Part shown: positions 21,777 through 31,914 of the stretch, in pieces
Numbering within the stretch: the first letter of the stretch is position 1
Layout of the letters: each line of letters opens with the position of its first letter
Origin: Peptococcaceae bacterium UBA5318
Lineage (GTDB): Bacteria; Bacillota; Peptococcia; DRI-13; UBA5318
Direction of reading: 5' to 3'
Length of the DNA stretch: 64,000 bases
Assembly (NCBI GenBank): GCA_002408285.1
Contig: DHRG01000062.1
Span: 19,921 to 83,920 of the forward strand
Position numbers and translations under genes: made by a program
Notes under the pieces: model-generated
What the model saw: only the letters and a program-made list of their open reading frames with translations
The model's database searches: none
What the model was told of the DNA's origin: nothing

Positions 21777-22253
21777 GTGATAAAAAGGATTACTGCCATA
21801 CAGGAAACACTCGCGATGGTATTTTTCGCGGTCGTGGTTTTCCTTATCTGTTTGCAGGTACTATCCAGGTATGTAGTTGGGGCTGGTTTGTCATGGCTGG
21901 AGGAAAGCACGTTGTTTTTCTATCTATGGGCGTTGTTTCTGGCGATACCGGCGGGGTTAACAAGAGGCACAGATATTCGGGTCACGATTTTATATGATAT
22001 TCTTTCCGAAAAGAATCAGCGTTACTTGAATATTCTCTGTTATGCGTTATGGATCGTATTTGCCACAGTTATGACCTACGAAGCGTTTAAATTTGTTCAT
22101 ATATTGGGCGCCAGAAACGGGAGAACGCCAAGCATTGGGGTGCCTTGGGTCGCTTATTATGCGGGAGTTTTTGTCGCCTATGCCTGTTCGGTGCTGCAGG
22201 CCGTTGCGCGTATGCTGGAAACCCTTACAGGAAAGGGGGAGAAGCAAGTATGA
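21777..22253 (+). CDS. dctQ: TRAP transporter small permease
   Basis: Four TM segments, QVLSRYV...WLEE. Confidence 0.9.
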   Translation: MIKRITAIQETLAMVFFAVVVFLICLQVLSRYVVGAGLSWLEESTLFFYLWALFLAIPAGLTRGTDIRVTILYDILSEKNQRYLNILCYALWIVFATVMTYEAFKFVHILGARNGRTPSIGVPWVAYYAGVFVAYACSVLQAVARMLETLTGKGEKQV

Positions 22254-23533
22254 ATGCGTTGCTTTTGTTTGGCACTTTTTTGTTCCTGCTGGCGCTTAGC
22301 CTTCCGGTATCGGTATCAATGGGCCTGGCTGTAATGGTGACTATCCTGGTTTTTCAGGAGGTGCCCATGGTTTTTTTGGTCCAGGGTTTCATAGACGCCG
22401 TTTCACCCTTCCCGATCTTAGCCATACCGCTGTATATTTTTGCCGGCATGATCATGGCTAACGGCGGGATAGCGAAGGACATTGTCAGGTTTGCCAAGCT
22501 GTTTATCGGCGGTACCAGAGGAGGGCTCTTAAACGTTGCGATCTTAGCCTGCGCCATTTTCGCCGCGATTAGCGGCTCCAGTACGGCTACGACGGTGGCG
22601 ATCGGTTCCTTATTAATGAAAGAACTGACCGAAGCCGGCTATAGCAGGGCATATTCCAGCGCTGTGGTAGCCGCGGGAGGAACGCTGGGGCCCGTCATAC
22701 CCCCCAGTATATGTTTTCTTGTGTTTGGCTCGATGACGGGGGTTTCCGTAGTATCTTTGTTTATCGCCGGGGCTGTCCCCGGGCTGCTAATGGCCGCAGC
22801 TTTGATTTTGACAAATTATATCATATGTATAAGATCGGGTATTAGGGAAGAGGGAAACAGAGGGAGTATCAAAGAACTCGTCCAGGCCGTTTGGAAGGCC
22901 AAGTGGGCTTTGATGGCGCCGCTGCTCATCCTGGGCGGCATCTACGGCGGAATATTTACTCCCACCGAAGCGGGCGGGATAGCGGCGGCATACGGTATTT
23001 TTGTGGGGATGGCAGTCTACAAAGAGATCGATCTGCCAAAGCTGCGCGAAACATTCGTGAAGGCCATGCTGCTTTCCGCTGCCATCCTCAGCATCGTAGG
23101 CGTATCGGGTGCGTTTGGCCGGATAATCACGATCGAGCAGATACCGCAAACCATTGCCGCGATGCTCATGGCGGTTGCAAGCAGTAAGTGGTCTATCTTG
23201 CTGCTGATCAATATTATTTTATTGATTGCCGGCTGCCTGATCGAAGGAACGGCGATCGTCTTAATACTTACGCCCATACTTTTCCCGATCGCCAGGTCAA
23301 TAGGAATAGATCCGATTCATTTCGGCGTGATCCTTTGCATAAACTTGAGCATTGGCGCGATAACGCCGCCGCTTGGCGTTTGCCTGTTTGCGTCAAGCGC
23401 CGTCGGGGGCGAGCCTATTCAGCGCATAGTAAAAGCCATTGTGCCTTTATTGATCGCCTTGTTGCTGGTGCTTGCCCTGGTGACGTACATTCCCCAGATT
23501 TCCCTGTGGCTTCCGCAGTTAATGGCTAAATAA
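22250..23533 (+). CDS. dctM: TRAP transporter large permease
   Basis: AISGSSTAT, GTLGPVIPPSI, GIFTPTEAG, IDPIHFG, ITPPLG; ATG 22250 overlaps the dctQ stop. Confidence 0.95.
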   Translation: MNALLLFGTFLFLLALSLPVSVSMGLAVMVTILVFQEVPMVFLVQGFIDAVSPFPILAIPLYIFAGMIMANGGIAKDIVRFAKLFIGGTRGGLLNVAILACAIFAAISGSSTATTVAIGSLLMKELTEAGYSRAYSSAVVAAGGTLGPVIPPSICFLVFGSMTGVSVVSLFIAGAVPGLLMAAALILTNYIICIRSGIREEGNRGSIKELVQAVWKAKWALMAPLLILGGIYGGIFTPTEAGGIAAAYGIFVGMAVYKEIDLPKLRETFVKAMLLSAAILSIVGVSGAFGRIITIEQIPQTIAAMLMAVASSKWSILLLINIILLIAGCLIEGTAIVLILTPILFPIARSIGIDPIHFGVILCINLSIGAITPPLGVCLFASSAVGGEPIQRIVKAIVPLLIALLLVLALVTYIPQISLWLPQLMAK

Positions 23534-23569
23534 TTTTAAGCATGAAGCAAACATGTATCGGAAAGGAAG

Positions 23570-24553
23570 ATGGATAAGGTGTTTAGCGTAATAATCAACG
23601 GGAAGAAGCAAGACCTTGGATTGGGCAGTAAAAATCAGTTACAAATAGAGATGGGGGCCCGTATAGATGGGAGTAAACAAGCGGTCCCGGTGGGGGTCAT
23701 CGTAGGAAAAGAGTTGGGGACAAGGCTGGCGCTAACCGGCGGTGTTCATGGGGACGAGTTTGAAGGACCGGCGGCAGTTTCAAGGATTTGGCGGAATACG
23801 GATCCTAAGAAACTGAAGGGAGTCTTGATCCTTATTCCGGCTGTCAACCTATACGCCCTTCAAGAAGCCCAAAGAGATACGCCTGTTGACGGTATCAACC
23901 TTAACCGGTGTTTCCCCGGGAAGAAAGGAGGTTCCTGGTCGCAGCGGCTGGCAGATGCAATCCTGAACTTTTTGGCCGATAACTGCGATTTTGTCCTTGA
24001 TTTTCACTCCGCCGGCATGGATTTGACCATCGCGCCTTGCGCCATGCTCGCGCCTGGGCTTCCGGGCAGCGACGGCGCACGTAAACTGGCTATGTATACG
24101 GGGCACCAATATATGTGGGAGCAGGAATTTCCGGGCGATATATCGTCAGCCTTATCAAGACGTTCGGTGCCCGCGGTTTCTACCGAAGTCGGCGGCGAGG
24201 GGAGGGCCCGGGAAGAGGAAGTAGCGCTTAATATGACTGCGGCCCAAAGGGTGATGATAGCGTTGAATATGGTGGAAAAGCCAAAAGGTTATACCGGGGC
24301 GTGCGGTTGTTCTCCTGTCGCGGTCCAAGGCTCGTGGATTACCGCGGGCTGCGACGGCCTGTTTCGTTCAACGTGCCGCATGAAGGAGGACGTTAAGGCA
24401 GGCTCTCTGCTGGGTGAGATTTATGACCTTTGGGGCAATGTCGCTGAAGAAATCAGGGCGCCGCATGATGGAATAGTTTTTGGGATACGTACGTTGGGTG
24501 TGGCAAGAACGGGCCAGTGGCTGGTGCTTTTGATGCAGAGGAAAGACAGTTAG
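23570..24553 (+). CDS. Succinylglutamate desuccinylase/aspartoacylase (M14) family deacylase
   Basis: GGVHGDE, NLNRCFPG, LDFHS, TEVGG and a C-terminal biotinyl-like hairpin domain. Confidence 0.92.
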   Translation: MDKVFSVIINGKKQDLGLGSKNQLQIEMGARIDGSKQAVPVGVIVGKELGTRLALTGGVHGDEFEGPAAVSRIWRNTDPKKLKGVLILIPAVNLYALQEAQRDTPVDGINLNRCFPGKKGGSWSQRLADAILNFLADNCDFVLDFHSAGMDLTIAPCAMLAPGLPGSDGARKLAMYTGHQYMWEQEFPGDISSALSRRSVPAVSTEVGGEGRAREEEVALNMTAAQRVMIALNMVEKPKGYTGACGCSPVAVQGSWITAGCDGLFRSTCRMKEDVKAGSLLGEIYDLWGNVAEEIRAPHDGIVFGIRTLGVARTGQWLVLLMQRKDS

Positions 24554-24627
24554 CGCGGCTAAGTGATCGTTCTATCCCCGCATGTGCTGAAAACGGTTAT
24601 TTTATTAAATTGACAAGAGGTGGAATC

Positions 24628-25014
24628 ATGAAAACCGTTGTTATGGAATTTGAAAAGGGCGGAAGGTTTGAAATATCACTGGATCCCAATGCGCCGCTAA
24701 CTTGTAAAGCGTTTACAGATCAGTTGCCCCATATTGGGTCGGTTCTCCACGGCAGGTTTTCCGGAGAAGAATTCTTTTTTAAAATGCCTTTGGCAGTTGG
24801 AGCTGAAAATAAGGTTGCGCCTAAGGCCGGCTCTGTTTCCTTCAACTCCGACCCTAAATGGCAGGCGGTATGTATTTACTATGGCCCGAATATTAAGGTG
24901 TCATCTCCTTGTAACTTGTTCGGCGAAGTGAAAGGCGACCTGGCTGAGCTGGAGAAGATCGGCTTGAGGATTTGGCAACAAGGGGAAGAAAAGATCTGGA
25001 TGAAAATTCTCTAG
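24628..25014 (+). CDS. Cyclophilin-like fold protein (DUF3830-like)
   Basis: APLTCKAF...LHGRFSGE...CIYYG...NLFG...IWQQG; GAGG RBS. Confidence 0.75.
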   Translation: MKTVVMEFEKGGRFEISLDPNAPLTCKAFTDQLPHIGSVLHGRFSGEEFFFKMPLAVGAENKVAPKAGSVSFNSDPKWQAVCIYYGPNIKVSSPCNLFGEVKGDLAELEKIGLRIWQQGEEKIWMKIL

Positions 25015-25057
25015 GACTTTATTTACAGGCCCGGAAACAAAAGGAGTGAAGTGTAAA

Positions 25058-25810
25058 ATGCCCAATTTGAAATTTGATTTTGCAGGAAAGGTTGCCGTCG
25101 TTACGGGGGGCGCAGGGGCGATTGGTTTGACTATCGTCAAGAAATTGGCGGAAGCCGGGGCTAAAGTTGCCGCCGTTGACATTGCGTCAACAAGCGGTTT
25201 TGATGAAAAACCCTATCAGGACCGGATAGCCTATTTTAAAACCAATATTATAAAACCTGCCGAAGTTAAGGAAACTGTAGAAAAGATAATGGCCTGGGCC
25301 GGCAAAATTGATATTTTGATCAATACGGCAGGCGTCTTCAGAAGAAGCGCGTTTGTAGACACTAGCGAAGCGGATATAGATATTATGATGGATGTAAACG
25401 TTAAAGGGATGTATCTGATGACTCAAGCGGTGACGCCGCACTTTATCAAACAATGCGGCGGTAAAATCGTTAATTTCGCTTCCACAGCCGGGGTGGCCGG
25501 TTCTGTCGGGGATGCGGCCTATTGCGCCTCAAAGGGCGCGGTGGTTGTGCTGACAAAAGCGATTGCCCTGGAACTGGCCCCCCATAAAATTAATGTAAAT
25601 GCGGTGAGTCCGAACGGCGTAGATAATACGCCAATGATGGCGCCTGCTTTGGCTGTCCCCGGAGAAAGGGAACGGCGGACCGCCAAGGTCCCGTTGGGCC
25701 GGCTGGTTCAGTTTACCGACATCGTCCAGCCTGTGCTATTTCTCTGTTCCGACGCTGCCGATATGATCACGGGGATCAACTTATATGTTGACGGCGGTTT
25801 TTTGGCCTAG
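25058..25810 (+). CDS. SDR-family oxidoreductase
   Basis: TGGAGAIG, NTAG, YCASK, YVDGG. Confidence 0.95.
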   Translation: MPNLKFDFAGKVAVVTGGAGAIGLTIVKKLAEAGAKVAAVDIASTSGFDEKPYQDRIAYFKTNIIKPAEVKETVEKIMAWAGKIDILINTAGVFRRSAFVDTSEADIDIMMDVNVKGMYLMTQAVTPHFIKQCGGKIVNFASTAGVAGSVGDAAYCASKGAVVVLTKAIALELAPHKINVNAVSPNGVDNTPMMAPALAVPGERERRTAKVPLGRLVQFTDIVQPVLFLCSDAADMITGINLYVDGGFLA

Positions 25811-25827
25811 AAACCAGGTCGGTTAGT

Positions 25828-25871
25828 GAGAGAATACCGCTTTAGGCGTAAGCTTGAAGCGGTATTCTCTC
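25828..25871. terminator. Strong hairpin ending the catabolic operon
   Basis: GAGAGAATACCGCTTTAGGC-GTAA-GCTTGAAGCGGTATTCTCTC. Confidence 0.75.
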
Positions 25872-26083
25872 CTGCTTTATTAAAGGATAGAAGAACCGGT
25901 ATAGTTAGATATATTAATATGTTTTACATAAATGTTAAAACCTAGTACAATAACGGTGGATGAAGCAAAATGCCTTGGAAGGGCAGCCGCAACGAGAGAG
26001 GGGAGTTGTGTCATTGGAGGTTTTAGTATACAATTACCCCATAACACCTTAAAAAACCAAGGATAGAATTGTAAAGACGGGAG

Positions 26084-26761
26084 GTGGTTAAAATCCCGCC
26101 GCGCGTTGTAGAAGCATATATAGGAGAATATGCCAGTGGGAAGAGTGAAGTGGCCCTTAACCGGGCGCTCGCCCTCTTACAGGAAGGGCATGATCCGGTC
26201 ACTTTGGTGGATTTGGATCTGATCGAGCCCTTTTACACTTTACGTCCCATAAAAAAAGAACTGGAAGACCAAGGATTGCATGTGCTGGCCTGGGAAACCA
26301 AAAATACGATGGGCCTGGGAGAGGCCGGAACGCTCATCAAGCCGGAAATGCGCTGGGCGCTTAAAAGGCCGGGGGACGTGGTTTTGGATGTCGGTTATGG
26401 GGTCGAAGGGGCCAAAAGACTGAATCTGGTGCAAGACGCCCGTGAGGGCGGAGAACTGAAGGTTTATGTCGTGGTCAATATTGCCCGTCCCATGACAGGG
26501 GATGTGTCGGGTATTTTAGAGTATGTGAAAAGCCTGGGCCCTGTGGACGGGCTGATTAACAATTCCCATTTAGGGGATGACACAGATATGGACATTATTC
26601 AAGAAGGAGCAAGAGTTGTCGCACAAGTTTCTGAAATTTTAGGTTTGTCCGTCATCTGGACAACCGTTGACATTCGTTTTGCCGATAAGATGGGCGGACA
26701 AGACGAGATGGGGCATCCCGTATTCTATCTGACACGCCGCATGAATCGAACATTCTGGTAA
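26084..26761 (+). CDS. P-loop NTPase-like protein associated with the 2-oxoacid oxidoreductase operon (start uncertain)
   Basis: GEYASGKSE Walker A, LVDLDLIEPFY, VLDVG, LINNSHL. Confidence 0.75.
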   Translation: MVKIPPRVVEAYIGEYASGKSEVALNRALALLQEGHDPVTLVDLDLIEPFYTLRPIKKELEDQGLHVLAWETKNTMGLGEAGTLIKPEMRWALKRPGDVVLDVGYGVEGAKRLNLVQDAREGGELKVYVVVNIARPMTGDVSGILEYVKSLGPVDGLINNSHLGDDTDMDIIQEGARVVAQVSEILGLSVIWTTVDIRFADKMGGQDEMGHPVFYLTRRMNRTFW

Positions 26762-26811
26762 ACCGTGTCAAAAATCAACAAGAATAGTAAACCAGGAGGT
26801 GTATCCAAATT

Positions 26812-27897
26812 ATGACTGAAAAACCCATTCAAGGAGAAAAACGCGTATTTATGACGGGTAACGAAGTCGTGGCCTGGGCTGCCCTGGCTGCCGATGTGGA
26901 CATTATGTATGGCTACCCTATCACTCCCCAGAACGAAGTCATGCATTACTGGACGCGGCTGTCACCTAAATATGGGAGGGGCTTTCTCCAGACCGAAGAT
27001 GAAATCTCGGCAGGCTTTACCACCTGCGGGGGGGTTCTTTCCGGGAAAAGAGCCTTTACCGCTACGGCGGGCCCCGGAAACATGCTGATGCAGGAATCTA
27101 TGACTATGGCGGAAATGATGAGAATACCCACCGTCTTAGTCGTACAGCAGCGCGGAGGGCCATCCACCGCTACCGTCATTTACTCCCAGCAGGAAGTTAC
27201 GATGACCTGTTTCGGAGGTAATGGCGAAGGCTTGCGCATCGTTTATTCCACCAGTACCCACCAGGAACTCTTCGACTATACCATTAAATCCTTTAATACT
27301 GCCTGGAAATACCGCTTTCCCACTTTTGTGCTGGGGGACGGCTACCAGGCTAAAATGAGAGAATCCCTCTACATTTATGACCCTGCCGCCAAGGGCATTG
27401 TCATGGAAAAAACCGTTCCTTATTTGGGTCAGGAAGGCACGCCCGGCGTTGACAGGGAACCGCAGCATCTAAGAAATACTTACAATACTGAAGAAGAACT
27501 CAACGAACAGGTTAATAACCTGGTCGCCGAATATGAGAAGATTGCGCCCGAAGTTATTGAATACCAGACCTTTAACACCGATGACGCCGATATCGTCATC
27601 ATTGCCCATGGAGTAGTGACCCGGGCCGCCCAGGCTGCCGTCAAAGAACTGCGCAAGCAGGGCGTCAAAGCCGGGCATTTCCGGCCTGTTACCCTGCGTC
27701 CGATCGCAGCCAAAGAGCTCAAAGCTGTAGCCGGCAAGGCCAAAAAAATCATCATTGCCGAATCTGCCCAAGGGCAGTTGGAAAAGCTTGTGAAAGACGC
27801 TATTTATGGGATCGCTACTCCCCTGGAAAACTATTTCAGGCCGGGGCAGGGGATCACCTCGGAAGAATTGGTTGATCTCGTGAAAAAAGGGATGTAA
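26812..27897 (+). CDS. 2-oxoacid:ferredoxin oxidoreductase alpha subunit
   Basis: MTGNE, YGYPITPQ, QTEDEI, TATAGPG, QRGGPST. Confidence 0.95.
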   Translation: MTEKPIQGEKRVFMTGNEVVAWAALAADVDIMYGYPITPQNEVMHYWTRLSPKYGRGFLQTEDEISAGFTTCGGVLSGKRAFTATAGPGNMLMQESMTMAEMMRIPTVLVVQQRGGPSTATVIYSQQEVTMTCFGGNGEGLRIVYSTSTHQELFDYTIKSFNTAWKYRFPTFVLGDGYQAKMRESLYIYDPAAKGIVMEKTVPYLGQEGTPGVDREPQHLRNTYNTEEELNEQVNNLVAEYEKIAPEVIEYQTFNTDDADIVIIAHGVVTRAAQAAVKELRKQGVKAGHFRPVTLRPIAAKELKAVAGKAKKIIIAESAQGQLEKLVKDAIYGIATPLENYFRPGQGITSEELVDLVKKGM

Positions 27898-27920
27898 ATA
27901 AAGAAAGGGGGCAAACCAAT

Positions 27921-28670
27921 ATGTCAAAAGTACCTAACATGCCGAAATCGTGGCGTGAAGAAACCAAACCACATAAATTCTGTCCGGGCTGCGGTCACGG
28001 ATTAATTTTAAAAGCCTTGGGAGAGGCCATCGACGAACTGGGGATCCAGGACCGTGTAGTGTTCGGTTGTGATATCGGCTGTTCCCTGCTTTCCTGGGAT
28101 TTCTTCAACGTGGACGCCGTACAAACTCACCATGGGAGGACCACCCCGGTCATGACCGGGATCAAACGGGCGCGGCCTGACCGTATCTGCATCGCCTATA
28201 TGGGCGACGGCGGCGGTTACGCGATCGGATCCGGACACCTCGTTAATGCCGCGGCCCGCAACGAAAAACTCACCGTTATCCTGGCGAACAACTGTAACTA
28301 CGGTATGACCGGAGGGCAAATGGCGCCCACCTCTTTGCCGCACATGAAAACCGAAACCACACCTTATGGGCGGGACCCTGAAGTTACCGGCTATCCCACG
28401 CAGGGGCCGGAAATGGTAGCCGCCATTACCCGGGAAAGCGCTTATGTCGCCCGGGGCACCGTGGCCAATGTCCGCCAGCTAAAGAATTACATAAAAAAGG
28501 CGCTGCAAAATCAAATCGACGGCACAGGCTTTTCCTTCGTCGAGGCTCTCTCCGGCTGTCCCACCAACTGGAGCACCAACGCCAAAGATACCTGGGCCTT
28601 TATCGAAAAAGGCATGACGGAGTATTTTAAAGTGGGCGAAATAAAAGATCCTGCGAAGAAGGAGGCCTAG
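27921..28670 (+). CDS. 2-oxoacid:ferredoxin oxidoreductase beta (TPP-binding) subunit
   Basis: FCPGCGHG, DIGCS, GDGG, NYGMTGGQ, CPTNW. Confidence 0.95.
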   Translation: MSKVPNMPKSWREETKPHKFCPGCGHGLILKALGEAIDELGIQDRVVFGCDIGCSLLSWDFFNVDAVQTHHGRTTPVMTGIKRARPDRICIAYMGDGGGYAIGSGHLVNAAARNEKLTVILANNCNYGMTGGQMAPTSLPHMKTETTPYGRDPEVTGYPTQGPEMVAAITRESAYVARGTVANVRQLKNYIKKALQNQIDGTGFSFVEALSGCPTNWSTNAKDTWAFIEKGMTEYFKVGEIKDPAKKEA

Positions 28671-28677
28671 ATGTAAC

Positions 28678-29244
28678 ATGGCTAAAACCGTAAAACTAGC
28701 CCTGGCCGGCGAAGGCGGGCAAGGAGTCCAATCCGTAGCCGGAATCATCGTGGAAGCGGCTTACAATGAAGGAATGGAAGCCCTCTATATCCCCAACTTC
28801 GGGGTCGAACAACGGGGGGGTGTTTCCGTGGCTTACTGCCAGATCTCCGATGAACAGATCGGGTCGCCTAAATTCGTCTACGCCGACCTGGTCATCGCCC
28901 TCTCGGACCGTGCCGTCCGCAGAACGCAGCAATACGTCAATAAAAACACCGTTTTTATCTATGATTCTTCCATTGAAGGGGTCGAAAAGGATCTTCCCGC
29001 CAACGCCAAAAAGGTCCTGGCCATTCCCGCTCTGGACACCGCCAAAAAAGAGTTGCACCCCCGGGTCTTTAACGTCATTATCATGGGAGCGGCAATTGCA
29101 GTCACGAAAATCATCGAGGTAGAGGCTGCCAAGAAAGCCCTGGAAAAGAAACTGGGGTATAAATTCGAACAAGACCCCAAGCTGCGGGAGCTCAACTTCA
29201 AAGCCCTGGAAAGAGGCGCGGAATTGGTGAAAGACCTCGTGTAA
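28678..29244 (+). CDS. 2-oxoacid:ferredoxin oxidoreductase gamma subunit
   Basis: AGEGGQGV, PNFGVEQRGG. Confidence 0.95.
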   Translation: MAKTVKLALAGEGGQGVQSVAGIIVEAAYNEGMEALYIPNFGVEQRGGVSVAYCQISDEQIGSPKFVYADLVIALSDRAVRRTQQYVNKNTVFIYDSSIEGVEKDLPANAKKVLAIPALDTAKKELHPRVFNVIIMGAAIAVTKIIEVEAAKKALEKKLGYKFEQDPKLRELNFKALERGAELVKDLV

Positions 29245-29264
29245 ACAAGAAGGAGGAGTTTAAG

Positions 29265-29516
29265 ATGACGACCAGTGCCTATAAAATGAAGGAAGTAGAT
29301 ACCAAAAAGGCTCTGTTTACCATCTTTACGGGTATCTGTAAAGGTTGTGGACTCTGCATGGAGAAATGTCCGGCTAAGACCTTGGTGTGGTCGAAAACGC
29401 TGGGCGTCTATGGAACGCCCGCCGTTGAACCTAAAGACGCCGAGGGATGCACCGGTTGCGGTATGTGCGCTACTGTTTGTCCGGATTGCGCCATCCTCAT
29501 TGAAAGAAAGAAATAA
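29265..29516 (+). CDS. 2x[4Fe-4S] ferredoxin-type delta subunit
   Basis: CKGCGLCMEKCP and CTGCGMCATVCPD. Confidence 0.95.
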   Translation: MTTSAYKMKEVDTKKALFTIFTGICKGCGLCMEKCPAKTLVWSKTLGVYGTPAVEPKDAEGCTGCGMCATVCPDCAILIERKK

Positions 29517-29691
29517 AACGGGCCGGAGTAAGGATAAAAGCGCCTCGTTCCATCATTTAAATGGAGGGAGGCGCTTTACTTTATCACTGATCTTGATCCA
29601 GGTGCGGTCAAAAAATATCAGACGCTTATTTAAGTATGGGGTATAAATGTGATAAAATAATAATCCGTAGGCTGTAATTAGGAGGAAAATC

Positions 29692-31518
29692 ATGCAACGT
29701 AAGGATCTTCGGAATATCGCCATTATCGCGCACGTGGATCATGGCAAAACAACATTAGTTGATAAAATGCTTAGTCAAGGCGGAGAGATCAGGGATAATG
29801 AACAGGTTGCGGAACGGGTCATGGATTCCAATGACCTGGAACGGGAAAAAGGGATCACCATTTTGGCGAAAAATACTTCCGTGCATTTTGCCGGGACGAC
29901 GATAAATATTGTAGATACGCCGGGGCACGCTGATTTTGGCGGGGAAGTAGAACGCATCATGAAAATGGTGGACGGGGTCCTTTTAGTGGTGGACGCCCTG
30001 GAGGGTTGTATGCCCCAGACCCGTTTTGTTCTGCGGAAAGCCTTGGAACAGAACTTGGTTCCTGTGGTGGTTGTGAATAAGATGGACCGGGATCATGCCC
30101 GTCCGGCTGAAGTGGTGGATGAGGTTCTCGATCTTTTTATTGATTTGGGAGCGGGTGAAGACCAACTGGAATTCCCGGTGGTCTATGCCTCCGCTTTAGA
30201 TGGCTGGGCTACTCTTGACCCCGAAGGTAACGGGAAAGACCTGTCGCCGCTCTTTCAGGCCATTATTGACCATATTCCGGCCCCCCGTGGGGAGATCGAC
30301 GGGCCCTTACAGATGCAGATAACTTTGCTTGATTATAACGACTATATCGGCAGGATCGCCATTGGCAGGATCCACAGGGGAAGGATCAAGAGCGGCTCTC
30401 AGATAACGATAATGAAAAGGGAAGGGAATACGGAGAATTGCCGTATTTCTAAGCTCCTGGGGTTTGCCGGACTTAAACGGGCGGAAATTGAAGAGGCGGC
30501 TTTAGGCGATATCGTCGCGGTGGCCGGGCTGGGTAAAATCAATGTGGGAGAAACCATTTGCGATGTGGAGTCGCCGGAAGCTTTGCCGCTTTTAAAAATT
30601 GACGAACCAACCTTGCAGATGTCTTTTATCGTGAATAATTCCCCTTTTGCCGGAAATGAAGGGGAACCCGTGACTTCGCGGAAGCTGGGGGCCCGGTTGA
30701 TGAGAGAGATGGAAACAGATGTGTCCCTGCGGGTCGAAGAAACTGAAAGCCCCGAGATATTCCTTGTTTCAGGGAGAGGGGAGCTTCATTTGGCGATCCT
30801 GATCGAAACGATGCGGCGGGAAGGACTCGAGTTTCAGGTGTCCAAACCCCAGGTTATCTACCGGGAAATCGACGGGGGCTTATGTGAGCCTTTTGAATAT
30901 CTGGTGGTAGATACGCCTGAGGAGTACCAGGGATCGGTCATGGAGAAGCTGGGAGCCCGCAAAGGCGATCTGTTGAATATGATCAACGCCAGCGGCCAGG
31001 TGCGGCTGGAATATTCTATTCCGGCCAAAGGGCTGGTTGGGTTCCGGACAGAATTTTTAACGGACACCCGGGGCTATGGAATCATGAATCACAATTTTGA
31101 CGGCTATAAACCATACCGGGGAGAGATCGGCAGCCGGAGAAACGGGGTCCTGGTAGCCTGGGAAACAGGGAAAGCCAGCGGCTATGCGCTGGCGGCCTTA
31201 GAAGACAGGGGCGTTATGTTTATCACTCCGGGTACTGATGTTTACGAAGGGATGATCGTCGGGGAGGGGACAAGGGAGCAGGACATTATTGTCAATGTCT
31301 GCAAAGAAAAGAATCTGACTAATATGCGGACGTCCACCAAGGATGACACCATCAAGCTGAAAGTGCCGCGCATCCTTTCACTCGAACAGTCGCTGGAGTT
31401 TTTAAGCGATGATGATTATTTGGAAGTGACTCCGAAATCGCTGCGCTTACGCAAGAAATATTTGAAAAAAGACGAACGCGCCAGGTATGAAAAGAACAAG
31501 AGGTCAATCACTGAGTAA
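29692..31518 (+). CDS. typA: Translational GTPase TypA/BipA
   Basis: [55 protein letters not shown]. Confidence 0.98.
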   Translation: MQRKDLRNIAIIAHVDHGKTTLVDKMLSQGGEIRDNEQVAERVMDSNDLEREKGITILAKNTSVHFAGTTINIVDTPGHADFGGEVERIMKMVDGVLLVVDALEGCMPQTRFVLRKALEQNLVPVVVVNKMDRDHARPAEVVDEVLDLFIDLGAGEDQLEFPVVYASALDGWATLDPEGNGKDLSPLFQAIIDHIPAPRGEIDGPLQMQITLLDYNDYIGRIAIGRIHRGRIKSGSQITIMKREGNTENCRISKLLGFAGLKRAEIEEAALGDIVAVAGLGKINVGETICDVESPEALPLLKIDEPTLQMSFIVNNSPFAGNEGEPVTSRKLGARLMREMETDVSLRVEETESPEIFLVSGRGELHLAILIETMRREGLEFQVSKPQVIYREIDGGLCEPFEYLVVDTPEEYQGSVMEKLGARKGDLLNMINASGQVRLEYSIPAKGLVGFRTEFLTDTRGYGIMNHNFDGYKPYRGEIGSRRNGVLVAWETGKASGYALAALEDRGVMFITPGTDVYEGMIVGEGTREQDIIVNVCKEKNLTNMRTSTKDDTIKLKVPRILSLEQSLEFLSDDDYLEVTPKSLRLRKKYLKKDERARYEKNKRSITE

Positions 31519-31646
31519 ACTAACCCACCATTTGCTTAATCCGGGGCTGCTGGAACGGGATTAAGCCTTTCTGCCTGTGCTTTTATAAAACATAGCATTT
31601 TGCGGCAAACTATAGCTGTTCATCTTATGTGCAAAGGGGGGGCGTC

Positions 31647-31796
31647 ATGACTAGCTGCAATGTAATCAATTGCCGTTTCAATAATGACCGGAAGTGTCAT
31701 GGAAAAGAATGCTCTGAAACAGACCCAAAAGAGGGGAGTACCGTTCAACTGCCGAGCGGTTGCAGGACTTTTGCACCACGTAATGATCTGTACTGA
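31647..31796 (+). CDS. 49-aa Cys-rich protein, DUF1540-like (not in ORF track)
   Basis: MTSCNVINCRFNNDRKCHGKECSETDPKEGSTVQLPSGCRTFAPRNDLY; G-rich RBS; TTATA-N18-CAAACTA forespore-type promoter upstream. Confidence 0.75.
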   Translation: MTSCNVINCRFNNDRKCHGKECSETDPKEGSTVQLPSGCRTFAPRNDLY

Positions 31797-31914
31797 CCTA
31801 AATAAATGATAGTTGTATTCTTAGAGAAAAAAAGTGTAAACTAATAGAAACATTTTACCTATAAACATGAACATGCTAAAATGAGATTAACAGACAAAAT
31901 GGATGGTTATATGT

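Noticed and set aside
22145-22249. Longer DctM start
   Set aside because: It overlaps dctQ; ATG 22250 coupled to the dctQ stop gives a normal DctM N-terminus.
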